Assembly: GCA_051362555.1 (NCBI GenBank)
Contig: CM120644.1
Span: forward strand, 22,032,534-22,096,533
Length of the DNA: 64,000 bases
From: Lingula anatina
Taxonomy: Eukaryota > Animalia > Brachiopoda
Direction of reading: 5' to 3'
The notes below the pieces were generated by a model. It saw nothing but the letters and a program-made list of their open reading frames with translations. It did no database searches and had not been told where the DNA came from. Below are positions 1 to 12,464 of the stretch, one piece after another. The position numbers and the translations under genes were made by a program. Numbering within the stretch: the first letter of the stretch is position 1; each line of letters opens with the position of its first letter.

Positions 1-74
1 TATATAAAAGCCTGTTGCAACATATCACAAAAGTGCTATTCGATTCAAACAAAATTAGGTAACTTTCATTTCAG

Positions 75-379
75 AAAAAGAAATTCGTCCTCGTGGATAA
101 ATTCTATAGTTTGATAAGACAGGAAGTAGAACGACACCGCCAGTCCTTTGATCCAACTGACATCCGGGACTTCATTGACCTCTATATAAAGGTCACTCAA
201 GACAGGTTAGATCCAGAAATTTTCACAGGTATGTAACCGTTAAATGACAATTTCACGTACAAATCTGATCCCGACTTGATGTGATTTAGCAGACGACTGT
301 TTTTAAAACGTACCGCTCGATCAAATATCGATGATTCTCTGATTGTAATCACCGCCCATTGATTGTAATCTTTGTCTAC

Positions 380-415
<36 letters not shown>

Positions 416-2200
416 TTGTTTTAAGTTCATTATTGGCGTTATTAATTTCAGAATGGAACGTGTTCCGCATCATAATTGATCTATATTCGGCAGGAACGGA
501 CACAACAGCTAATACTTTGAGATGGTCCCTGGTTCATATGGTAAATCACCCGAATGTACAGAAGAGGGTTCAGCAGGAAATTGATCAGGTAACGACCCAA
601 GATATAAATGAACAAGAGCTGGAATCTTAGATGATCTTGTGTTCTTATTTCTTTGGTTCTTTATTCTTGGCGTTTACCGTTTTGTGGAGAGGCAGTCACG
701 TGAGGCAAATTGTTAAGTGGGTTGACCTCCCGTAGCCAACACATTCATATTAGATCTCTCTGTTCACTACGTCAGCTGGTTTTCATTACTTGTTTTAAAC
801 TATGTTTCAGTCAGTTGGGATAGTGAATCTTCGGCGTCAGTCAATTTACCCCACTTCGCTATCTCCACTTTGAACCGAGCCAAGAGGTGATCTCAGCCAA
901 AGTCAGTAATCGTAAAATGTAACTAAATTAAAGCACGTGTTTCGTAACCATATGATATACTTTGTTTGGTTAATATATTTTTTATCTAAGGTCATAGGTC
1001 AAGGTCGTGTCGCCAAGATGGAGGACAAGGCCAGGATGCCATTCACTGAAGCAACCATCTTGGAGGTCTTTCGCATGTCTACTGTTGGTCAGTAACTTAT
1101 TTGCACTTTATTTAATAAAAGTACCGATACATCAGTGTCTGCTTAATTAAATACCGTCTTGGATTGGTGCGACATGTAAGTCATAAAATGAAAAAAAAAA
1201 AAAGAAAAAGAAGAAAAGAATTTGTTGGATTTCTGGTCCTGTTTCATGGATGGAAATACACGTACTTCTCGTCTGAACAAACTTATGGAGAAGAGTGGGT
1301 GTTACGGCAACGAATAGAAGCACGCATAATTTATTTACGGGTAGTTCGGTCAATTAGTCTATTGCAGAACAGAATCGATTTTACCTTTGGTGTCACTGAT
1401 AAGTTGCTTTCTAATCTGATCTTCTCGTTACAAAGCGTCCCACCCTTATCGCTGTAAAATATTACCCAACCTCTCGTGAATTCTCGCAAGTTGTCGAGTC
1501 TTGTATGACGTCACGCCGTTGTCTCCATTCAAATGAATTCCTTCAAGAACGAAAAATCTTTCATTCCATGTCATCAGTTCCCATGGGTGGTCCCCATGCC
1601 ACCAGTGAAACTACAACTTTGGCCGGATACACCATTCCCAAGGACACCATAATACTGGGAGATTTGTACCGGGTTCTTCACGATAAGAATAACTTCGAGG
1701 ATCCTTACAACTTCAAACCAGAAAGATGGCTTGATTGCGATGGTAAAGTGATCAAGTCGGACAAAATGATACCATTTTCCATAGGTTCGTTACTTAATAT
1801 TCGACCTTCATGTTACCATGCAGTGGCACATAAGTGAAATCATTACTTCTTTATCTCTATGTAAACAACTAAACCTTGTCACCTAAAGAAATTCAGAATT
1901 GCTTAAATCCGATCTAATGAGAAATACATAAGAGCCACTTTATCTTCATTATTTATATAAATTTATTTATGTAATTTAGTGTACACTTTCTCATTGTGAT
2001 GTGTTATTTGTATTTCAGGGCCTCGTGTTTGTCTTGGTAAGGGACTGGCTGAAATGGAATCGTTCATTTTCTTCACCACGTTGCTTCAGAACTTCATCTT
2101 CAAGGTACCGGAGGGGGAGAACCCGCCCAGTGGAGTGGAGGGTCTAAACACTATCACTTTCACGCCACACGATTACAATGTGTGCGCAGTTAGGCGCTAG
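75..2200 (+). CDS. Cytochrome P450, CYP2 clan, copy 1 (5' part outside window; exons 4-8)
   Basis: GT-AG exons 75-228, 452-588, 991-1087, 1578-1784, 2019-2200 join in frame. Motifs: I-helix AGTDTT, K-helix EVFR, PERW, heme motif FSIG|PRVCLG. Confidence 0.93.
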
Positions 2201-3715
2201 AATTTAATGTAATAGAGCAATTGCATGTACATGTACATATTAATAATAATATGTAATAGTGCATTGTACCTTTGTATAAGTAACTATAGTATGTAAATAG
2301 ACGTAATGATTTCGTATAGGTGGTGTTAGCGCTCTTTTTGTGCCACGTGAATCTATACTAAAAAGATACATCAGTGATCGGACGTGAAGAAAGTACTATA
2401 TTCTATGTAGCAAGATCTGTTGGAATAAAGTCTTTTAAAAGGACAATACATTTGTTGTCGTGCCACGGTTGCACATATACACGGATTGAAACGATAAACT
2501 GTTTCCTAGTTTATACAGGATTTTCCCCCACAGCTCACTTACTATATACAATATTGGTCAAAAAGATTGTCTCACTCCAGTTCCATGTGCTTTTATTTAC
2601 AAATGATCACCTCACAGGTGTACATTGTTATAAACAGTGCTTTTTATTCCAGATACCAAAATTCAACGTGATGGTTTTGAGGGGGTACATGTTATATAGT
2701 TTAATAAATGGTATAAAACGTGGATATTTTCACCGCTATTTTGTATTTTCTTAACCATCAATCACGGATGCTTCAGAGTCCTGTGTCCACATAAAATATA
2801 ATTGTGGTAGAGATGACACATGGCTGCTTGACAACGTTGTCAAGATTCTGTTTCAATAATCGAATATTTTGTCATAAAATGTACCTCCACCTTTCCTTCC
2901 CCTAATTAAAAACTTAAGATAAGCAATGGGGGTGGGGGTATCAAATACTATGCACCTGAAATTGACTAATTTCAGTACATATATTGAAACTGAAGTAAAT
3001 AAATTGCATGGATATGGTTTTTAAGAATGGAGCAGTCAACTAAACAGAGTGAATATTATAATACGCATCGAAGTTTCTCATGCACTTAAAGAACCAAAAC
3101 TCTTGAATGGGGGGGGGGGGGGGGGGGGGGGGGGGTTCAATGACATTTCTGCCCTGAGCACTGTCAAATATTTAGTAATTTGATCGACTATATTGTTGCA
3201 TTTAAGTTTTACCAGGGTTTTTGTAAATATAATCAAACATTGATTTTAGTACTTTATAATTTGTATGTAGCCAGCTAGAATTTATAACTGTACCTTCAAA
3301 TTTTAATTACAAAATAACAACAACTACAATAATAATAATAATAATAACACGGTGCTATTCCATTGTCGAGCAGGGCCTTGCCAAGTGAAGCTGTAAAAGG
3401 TGTCACGTGTGTGTTTACTGCCCTCAACCAGAGTCATGTACAGTTAGATTTTCACTAGACATTAACAGTTATGTGATGTCCTCAGTAAATTCTATACACT
3501 ATGCTGTCTAGCGAGAGTTGATGTATGGCACTATTATAACTTAGCTGGTCTCTGATAAAAAAAATGGAAATATATGTGCATGCTCTCAAGACTGTAGGTG
3601 GGTTGAGACAGACGAAGTACTTTTGAGTTTGGTTAATAAATTATTTCTTGAACTTTCGTGTGAAATCTTGCCATCCCTTCATGTCATGGTTTCAAAATAC
3701 GCCTCTGCAGTAATA

Positions 3716-3754
3716 CCTGCACGTAAACACGTTTACATTGCACATATAAAAAGG
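3716..3754 (+). promoter_or_regulatory. Putative CYP core promoter (TATA-like box and conserved upstream motif)
   Basis: CCTGCACGTAAACACGT..TTGCACATATAAAAAGG lies about 135 bp before the ATG. A homologous block precedes copies 3-7. Function is inferred only. Confidence 0.4.
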
Positions 3755-3881
3755 CGTCAAGTATTGACCTTGTTCCGTGTACAGGTAGAATACATGCATT
3801 TGGGCTTATAGCGGCATATCCCTTCAGCCATTCTAGCTCTTACTAAATACTGGAGAAGTTGCTGTAACTGTGGGATCCAAA

Positions 3882-5021
3882 ATGACCAACGTTGTTGTAC
3901 AGATTTTCTCTAAGTTATTCGCTACCATTGGTTTGCCGACAGTTATGATATTCGCGGCAGTGTTGTTGTTAAGTCTGTGGATCCTGTCATCCAGCAATCC
4001 TCGGGTGAACTGGCCGCCCGGACCATTATGTTTCCCCGTGGTGGGATGTCTCCCTCAGCTGATGATCAGCGGTAAAAGACGACAACCGACAGATCTTCTT
4101 CCATGGTATGATACATACGGAGATATCATGCACATTCAACTTGGTGAACAACACATGATAATGCTGGGGACTTATGAGCTGATAGAAGAGGCTTTCGTGA
4201 AGAATGCAGCTACAGTCAGTGATAGGCCTACCTGGGTATATTTTATAAGACGATTAGTCGGAAAAGACGGTAAATAAAGTGATTTCAACTTTTTATGCAA
4301 GTGATCTTTCCAGTACACAAGGACCCTATTAGCATAATATGTAGGACACGGTATAGTAAACAAACTGATATTGTTTTATTTTGCTCGTCATACTTTTAAG
4401 TAATAGATAGACCCCGAGTCAGCGAGGGTTATGTGGCATACACGAGTGCGAAGCACGAGTGGATGTCACATAACCCTCGCTGACGAGGGATCTATATATA
4501 TCTTATTTAGACCACGGGTCCATTAGCGGGTTATAACGCACTCATGCGAGAAGTGTAGTTACGCGAGTTAGGCCCCTATTTCACACAGACCACGAAACCC
4601 ACGAATCGCCATGAATTGACAAATTTCAGGATTCGTTAGATTTTGCCAATTTTCTGGTCTAATTCGACACGCTCTACGATTCAGTTACGAAACAGGTGCG
4701 AGAGTGTTACGAATATTCGTGGGATTCGGCTGGAATCGCACGAATATTGTCCAGAAATTCACTATGATTCGTGGCCAAGACTTTGAACAGCTCAAAATTT
4801 TTGCCACGAATTCCCGATTGATCAAGAATTGCAAGAACTGACTACGATTATATACGAATCTGTTAAGAACTTCACGAACTGATTACGATTCAACCACAAA
4901 TCCTGAAATTTTCAATTCCTGGCGATTCGTGGTCTGTGTGAAATAGGGGCATTACACAACGTCTGAGTCTTTTGTTCTTTACTTCCACCGTGGTCTAATG
5001 GTGGGAGAATGGCGTACCCCT

Positions 5022-5053
<32 letters not shown>

Positions 5054-5515
5054 ATCCATCAAATCCAACTTTGGTACATGCTCTCACACTCGTTTAGGAT
5101 CAAACGTATGTGTGCAGTGTGAAGTCCGCACCGCATGGCCTGACATCTTTTATGGAGATAAAGACCATGGCAACTTGGGTTTTATGTAGCAACTGAAACA
5201 ATTTCTCATTATTTAGATTTTTATTTGTCCCGATTACTTGATTATGCCTGTAAGACTTAGAGCAAATGTGGTGGGTGTGTGAGGAGAGGGTTGGTGTGTG
5301 AGGAGGTCGTGGGGTGTGAGAAGGGGGTGGGGTGTTGAGGAGGGGGTGAGGGTGTTGAGGAGGGGGAGGGGGTATGAGGAGGGGGTGGGGTGTTGAGGAG
5401 GGGATGGGGTTGGGGGAGCAAATGAAGCGTGCAAGATGTAGTGGTTAAGCATTTCGACACCTGCGTGTGGGTGTGTGTGTGTGTATGTGTGTGTGAGTGT
5501 GTGGGTGTGTGTGTA

Positions 5516-5551
<36 letters not shown>

Positions 5552-5655
5552 TGTGTGTGTGTGTGTGTGTGTGTGCGAGAGAGATAGTGTGTGTGTGTGT
5601 GTGTGATTGTGTGTGTGTGTGTGTATGTGTGTGTGAGTGTGTGGGTGTGTGTGTA

Positions 5656-5721
<66 letters not shown>

Positions 5722-8026
5722 TGATTGTGTTTGGGTTTTTGTGGGCGTTTATGTGATGATCATTAATTGTGTGTGTGTGTGCGCACGCGCGCATTTTTGA
5801 TTGTGATTGTGATTCTCTCCATTTCCATGTCTGGTAATTCAGGTAATTGAGTCATTAAATATCTAAATAATATGTAAACTGCAGGTGCTGGAGTTGCCTT
5901 TAAAAATGGACACGCATGGAAGGAGTTGAGAAGATTCACAGTCTCGTCTCTTCGAGATTTCGGCCTCGGGAGAAAAAGTTTACAAGAAAAAATTCAGGAT
6001 GAGGCAAGATATTTGGTGCAAAACATTGAAGATGAAAATGGAAAGGCTTTCTCTCCCAGCGCAAGGATTGGAAAAGCTGTCAACAACATTATTTCTATCG
6101 TAGTGTTTGGAGCTAGGTAACTGAATAGCTACACTTAGCAACTAGTAAAAATATTTCATCATTCATCATCATTTAGAGCCTATAGTGTTCCACTGTTGGA
6201 CAAAGGCCTCAGCATGCTTTTTCCATTGTTTCCTATCCTGAGCCTCAGATTTCCAGTTTGGCCAAGGTTTCTTCTTCCAAGACTTCCAGTAGTCATCTAA
6301 TTCATCCCTCCATCGTTTGACCGGCCTTCCTCTTTTTCTTTGTCCATACCTTGGGGTCCATTCTGTAAGCCTGATTGTCCACCTATTGTCCTTCATTCTT
6401 TTGACATGTCCTGCCCGTCTCCATTTCATTTCTTTAACTGTGATCAGTATGTCCTTAACTTTGGTCTGTTCACGTAACCATACATTCGTTTTCCGCTCTC
6501 TTGGACTGATGTTCAACATAATTCTTTCCATCTTTCTCTGAGCTACTTGTAGCTTGTCTTCCATGGAGGCATTCAGTGCCCAGGTCTCTGAACCATAGGT
6601 GATTGCCGGCAGCACACAAGCATTGAACACTTTCTTTTACATATTTAAGATGCTTTAAATGAATTTGCAGAATATATATGTACTGCCGGTAGTACGGTGC
6701 AGAAATTTAAGTAAAATAAATTAGCCAGCCAATTCATAAAGGAAGTTCTATACCAGGGGCGGATTCCGGATTATATGAATCCACAGACAAACGTGAACAT
6801 TGCACCGCCGTATGTGTTAATAGTAAGCATTCCCATGTACATTCAACTATTTATCTAAATCATAAGACAGTGGGCTTCATCTGAGACCGTCCACGCGACT
6901 GCCGTGTAAAAGCTCACAGAATTTCAACTGTGGTTAACTTTCTGATCGTTTTCTCCTACGTTTTTCCAAACTAACGCCTATTGTTTAACAGTTTATGTGT
7001 CATTTTTTTTTAATTGCTACTTTTAACGAATCTGCCAGCATGGTGAATTTCACTTTATCTGCTGAAAAGCCCCACCTCACGTGGATTCTCGTTTTAAAAT
7101 CTCGTGTGACGTCACGCAGTACTCTTTGTTATGCCTTATGGATGAAGTCCATAATGTTTTATCTTTCTTTTATAAAAGTGACAATTTCCTTAAAATGATT
7201 TCAGATATGACTATGATGACACCCCAAAGATGTTGTCAGTTTTGGAGGAATCCATGAGAATGAACAAAGGAGGACCACTGTCCTTTACCAACTTGGCGCG
7301 CTTCTTTTTTCCGGTAAAATGGAATTATTCGCAATATTTCGCATAAGACCTTTTACACAGTGCTTATTATTCACCTATATATTCTTCTTCATTTCCTGTT
7401 CAGTCCTGGTGTCATATTTTGCCATTAAAATTTTAACAATACTGAATAAATTCATATTTTTTCGAAATCAGACCATTGTCGACGCAGTGCATACTTTTCT
7501 TGTAAAGTTTGTTTGACAAAGTGTGTGGCTTAAACCACAAGACTATATTTCGATTCGTACAAAATAAAACAAAGTTTTATTAAATATGAAAAATATATTC
7601 GCTCTCGTGGGCAATTGTAAATTTGTATATTGGTTTTTATAACAGACTGTTGCAACATATATGTGAAAAATCACAAAAAAGCTATTCGACTTAAATAAAA
7701 TTTGAAAACTTTCATTTCAGAAAAAGAAATTTGCCCTCGTGGATAAATTCTATAGTTTGGTAAGACAGGAAGTGGAACGGCATCGCCAGTCCTTTGATCC
7801 GACTGACATCCGGGACTTCATTGACCTCTATATAAAGGTCACTCAAGACAGGTTAGATCCAGAAATTTACACAGGTATGTAACCGTTAAATGACAATTTC
7901 AAATCTGATCCCGACTTGATGTGATTTAGCAGACGACTGTCTTTAAAACTTTACGTTCACAACGTACCGCCCAATCATATATCGACGATTTTCTGATTGT
8001 TATCACTTATTACTTATACTTATACC

Positions 8027-8078
<52 letters not shown>

Positions 8079-9965
8079 TGAGTTCTCCATTGACGTTATT
8101 AATTTCAGAATGGAACGTGTTCCGCATCATAGTTGATCTATATTTGGCTGGAACCGACACAACAGCTAATACTTTGAGATGGTCCCTGGTTCATATGGTA
8201 AATCACCCGGATGTACAGAAGAGGGTGCAGCAGGAAATTGATCAGGTAACGACCCACAGTAAAAATGAATAGGAGGGACAATCTGAGATGATCTTGTGTT
8301 CTTATTTCTTAGGTTTTTTATTCTGAATGAAAGATGTACTTATGCCTCTTTGTTTGTAATATATGTTCATGAATTTTGGCGTTTTCCGATTTTTCGAGAG
8401 ACAAATTGTAAGTGGGTTGACCAACACATTCATTGGATCTCTATGGCCACCGCTTGACCTGGTTTTTATTAAACAGTTCTGAATGTGATTTAATTATTTT
8501 CACTTATTAAAAAACGTAGGTACTTGGTATAAACTCTATGTCTATCAGCTGGGATAGTGGATCTTTGGCGTCGGTCAATTATCCCCACTTCGCTATCTCC
8601 ACTTTGAACAGAGCCAAGAGGTGATCTCAGCTAAAGTCAGTAATTGTAGAATGTAGCTAAATTAAAATTGAAGAACGTGTTTCGTAAAGATATGATATAC
8701 TTTGTTTGATAAATGTATTTAAATTAAGGTCATAGGTCAAGGTCGTGTTGCCAAGATGGAGGACAAGGCCAGGATGCCGTTCACTGAAGCAACCATACTG
8801 GAGGTCCTTCGACTGTCTACTGTTGGTCAGTATCTTATTTGAACTTTTTAAAACATTTATTGCCAATAAACAATCTTCATTTAACAAAAATAGCGATACA
8901 GCGGTGTTTACTTAGTTAAGTGCCGTTTTGGAAAACTGCGACATCTAATTAATAAAAATGGAAAACAAAGAAAATGAACAGAAGAAAGGAATTTGTGCGA
9001 TTTCTGGTACTGTTTCCGGGGTGGAAATATATGTAGTTCTCGTCTGAACAAACTTATGGAGAAGAGTGGAAACAGGGTGTTACTGCAAGGAATAGATGCA
9101 CGCATAATTTATTTACGGGTAGTTCGTTCGAATTAGTGTATTGCAGAACAGAACCAATTTACCTTTGGTTTCACTTATATTACTTTCTTCCCGGAACAAA
9201 GCGTCCCAACCTTGTCACTGTAAAATTTTACCCCACCTCGTATGATTTTTCGCAAATTGTCGAGTCTCGTATGGCGCCACGCTGTGGTCTCCATTCAAAT
9301 GAATCATTTCAAGAACGAGAAATCTTTCATTCCATGTCATAAGTTCCCATGGGTGGTCCCCATGCTACCAGTGAAGCTACAACTTTGGCCGGATACACCA
9401 TTCCCAAGGGCACCATAATTTTGGGAGATTTGTACCGGGTTCTTCACGATAAGAATAACTTCGAGGATCCTTACCACTTCAAACCAGAAAGATGGCTGGA
9501 AGACGATGGTAAAGTGATCAAGTCGGACAAAATGATACCGTTTTCCATAGGTACGTTACTTAATATTAGACCTTCATGTTACCATGCAGTGGCACATTAG
9601 TGAAATCATAACATATGTATGTCTATATAAACAACTAAGCAAATTTTTCTCGTAAAGAAAATCAGAATTGCTTAAATCCGATCCAATAAGAAATACCCAA
9701 GACCTACTTTATATTCATAATATATAAAAATTTATTTATTTAAGTGTACATTTTCTCATTGTGATTGCTTATTTGTATTTCAGGGCCTCGTGTTTGTCTT
9801 GGTAAGGGGCTGGCTGAAATGGAATCATTCATTTTCCTCACAACGTTGCTTCAGAATTTTACCTTCAAGGTACCGGAGGGGGAAAACCCACCCAATGGAA
9901 TGGAGGGTCTAAACGCCATCACTTTCTCGCCACACAATTACAATGTGTGCGCAGTTAGGCGCTAG
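3882..9965 (+). CDS. Cytochrome P450, CYP2 clan, copy 2 (501 aa, 8 exons)
   Basis: Exons 3882-4269, 5885-6116, 7205-7313, 7721-7874, 8109-8245, 8729-8825, 9344-9550, 9784-9965 sum to 1506 nt in frame. N-terminal anchor plus PPGP, WKELR, AGTDTT, EVLR, PERW, FSIGPRVCLG. Confidence 0.95.
4571..4951. mobile_element. PIF/Harbinger-like MITE
   Basis: TIR GCCCCTATTTCACACAGACCACGAA at both ends, TTA flanks, internal ACGAAT/ATTCGT repeats. Confidence 0.82.
5268..5790. repeat. G-rich repeat plus (GT)n/(GA)n compound microsatellite (paralogous block at about 39840-40260)
   Basis: Directly visible low-complexity tract in CYP intron 1. Confidence 0.92.
6157..6640 (-). mobile_element. 5'-truncated RTE-like LINE fragment in intron 2 of CYP copy 2
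   Basis: [34 protein letters not shown] is typical of the RTE-clade C-terminus. (ATG)n-like 3' tail, TSD ATATTT, empty site in copy 3 (about 13531). Confidence 0.9.
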
Positions 9966-9989
9966 AGATACATGGACTGAAATGAAAAA

Positions 9990-10302
9990 GGCCCCATTCA
10001 GATCGAGAAGAGCCGAGTGCTAGCTAGGCCCCGACCTAAATATGACGGACCTACATGAAAGGAAGACCGCGTAATCCTGTAATGGTCTGTCCGCCTCTTT
10101 CCCGCCTCCCCACGCGTGGTCCACGCAGGGACCCAATTATTAAATCTGGGCTTAATTCAACCAGTCGAGGGACGACGCGCAGGGAGCCGTGTGAGAGGCG
10201 GAGAAACCATCACAGGATTAAGCGGACTACCTTTCATGTAGGTCCGCCATATTTAGGTCCCGGCTTAGCTAGCACACAACTTTTCTCGATCTGAATGGGG
10301 CC
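9990..10302. mobile_element. Foldback MITE just 3' of the CYP copy 2 stop codon
   Basis: TIR GGCCCCATTCAGATCGAGAA, arms complementary over most of the length, AAA flanks. Absent from the equivalent position of copies 3-6. Confidence 0.88.
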
Positions 10303-11791
10303 AAAGTGAATCTTAGTTTATAGAAAGCAGAATTTTACCCGAAACCTCACTTACTGATATCATTACACTTATAGATATCATTACATAAACACCTTTGGTA
10401 TTAAAATTAAGCACAAAGCACAAGGGTCATTTGTATGTTATTTGATTACACCAGCAAACGTTAGATTGCATAATATTTTTTCCAAATGACCAAATTTAAT
10501 GTAGCTCTGAATATCTTAGGCGAAGTGCAAAAAAATTCTTTGTGTAAACAAGTTGCAAAGTATTCGCTTTTTTATATCTTGCCCTGAATGTTAGATACTG
10601 AATTCAGATATGTTATATAAAAAACATATAAACATAATACCGTCCTATCGATATGATAAAATGAGTTGTTAACTTAAAGAGAATGAAAAGATAAAATGTG
10701 AATGTAGATCTTTCCAGTTCTTAAAAACTGAAAAATGAAATGGTCTTTCACAATATGAAAAGTGATAGCTTAACTCTCGAAAAGTAAAAGTTCATGAAAA
10801 TATGAATGGCGGTGTTTTCGAGAGGTGAAAGTTGACAAAAAGGACATTTTTTATATAATAGGAGTTGAAAGATGACCTCTTAGTACGAAAAAGTGATCAA
10901 AGATGAGGGCTCATCTTTCGGTAACATTTTGTAAATAAATGAAAGGTGATAAAAGGTGTTTGTTTTGTTTGTACAGTGAATGGGATTCAAGTAGCGATCA
11001 CTTACTTTTCTGTTTTGAACCTCAGAATGGGCTTCTACATGTACTCATCCGGGATATTTAAGAGAACTGCATTAAGACATCTGAATGCATACACGATATT
11101 CATCACGATTTTATAGTCTGCCAGCGATATACTGTTTTACGTATATAAGCTTGACAACGAGTGAGTGAGTTGAGGTATTTCTTGGATAACAACTCTCTTT
11201 TCTCTCTTTCTTTCTCTCTCACACAAACACATACGCACGCACACAAGCACACAGTTATTCACATACGCGAATGCTTTAGAGTCCTGTGCACACACACATA
11301 AAATATAATTGTGGTAGAGAAGACACATGGCTGCTTGACAACGATGTCAAGATTCTGTTTCAATAATAGATAATTTTGTCAAAAAATGTTCCCCCACCTT
11401 GCCTTCCCCCAATTCAAAACTTAAGATAAGCAATGGGGGGGGGGGGGGGGGGGGGGGGGTTATAAAAAACTATGCACCTAAAACTCACTTATTTCAGTAG
11501 ATATATTGAAACTGAAGTAAATAAATTGCATGGATATGGTTTTTAAGAAGGGAGCAGTCGAAGTGTCTCAGGCATTTAAAGAACCAAAACTCCTGAATGG
11601 GGGTCTTCAGAGACATTTGTGCCCTGAGCACTGTCAAATATTTAGTAATTTGATCGACTATATTGTTGCATTTAAGTTTTACCTGGGTTTCTGTAAATAT
11701 AATCAAATATTGATTTTAGTGCTATATAATTTGTATGTAGCCAGCTAGAATTTATAAATGTAAATTTTAATTACAAAATAACAACAACTAC

Positions 11792-11834
<43 letters not shown>

Positions 11835-11968
11835 TAACACTCTTCTATTCCATTACAGTAGAGCAGGGTCTTGTCCAGTGAAGCTGTAAAAGCTAAGGTG
11901 TTACGTGTGTATTAACTGCCCTCTACCAGAGTCATGTACATTTAGACTTTTTCACTAGATATTAATAG

Positions 11969-11969
<1 letters not shown>

Positions 11970-12044
<75 letters not shown>
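11970..12044. repeat. (TA)n microsatellite
   Basis: Uninterrupted TA run upstream of copy 3; absent at the homologous site upstream of copy 2 (about 3470). Confidence 0.95.
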
Positions 12045-12047
<3 letters not shown>

Positions 12048-12464
12048 TTCAGTTAATTCTATACACTATGCTGTCTAGCGAGAGTTAATGTATGGTATTG
12101 TTATAACCTGGCTGGTCTCTGATAAAAGAAATGGAAATATATATGCATGCTCTCAAGACTGTAGGTGGGTTGAGACAGACGAAGTACTTTTGAGTTTGGT
12201 TAATAAATTATTTCTTGAACTTTCGTGTGAAATCTTGCCATCCCTTCATGTCAGTGACGTTAGAGAACATGGTTGCAAAATACGCCTCTGCAGTAATACC
12301 TGCACGTAAACACGTTTACATTGCACATATAAAAAGGCGTCAAGTATTGACCTTGTTTCGTGTACAGGTAGGATACATGCATTTGGGCTTACAGCGGCAT
12401 ATCCCTTCAGCCATTCTAGCTCTTACTAAATACTGGAGAAGTTGCTGTAACTGTGGGATCCAAA

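Noticed and set aside
3108-3135. Long poly-G/C tracts as functional G-quadruplex elements (also about 5023, 11434, 12977)
   Set aside because: Homopolymer length varies freely between paralogous copies and is error-prone in sequencing; no evidence of function.
3870-3881. GTG start 12 nt upstream of the CYP ATG, as given in the ORF track
   Set aside because: Eukaryotic gene; the conserved AAAATG is the likely start and the GTG is absent in copy 6.
5234-5800. His/Thr- and Val/Cys-rich ORFs (also 39812-40243 and 56537-56894)
   Set aside because: Translations of (GT)n/(CA)n microsatellites.
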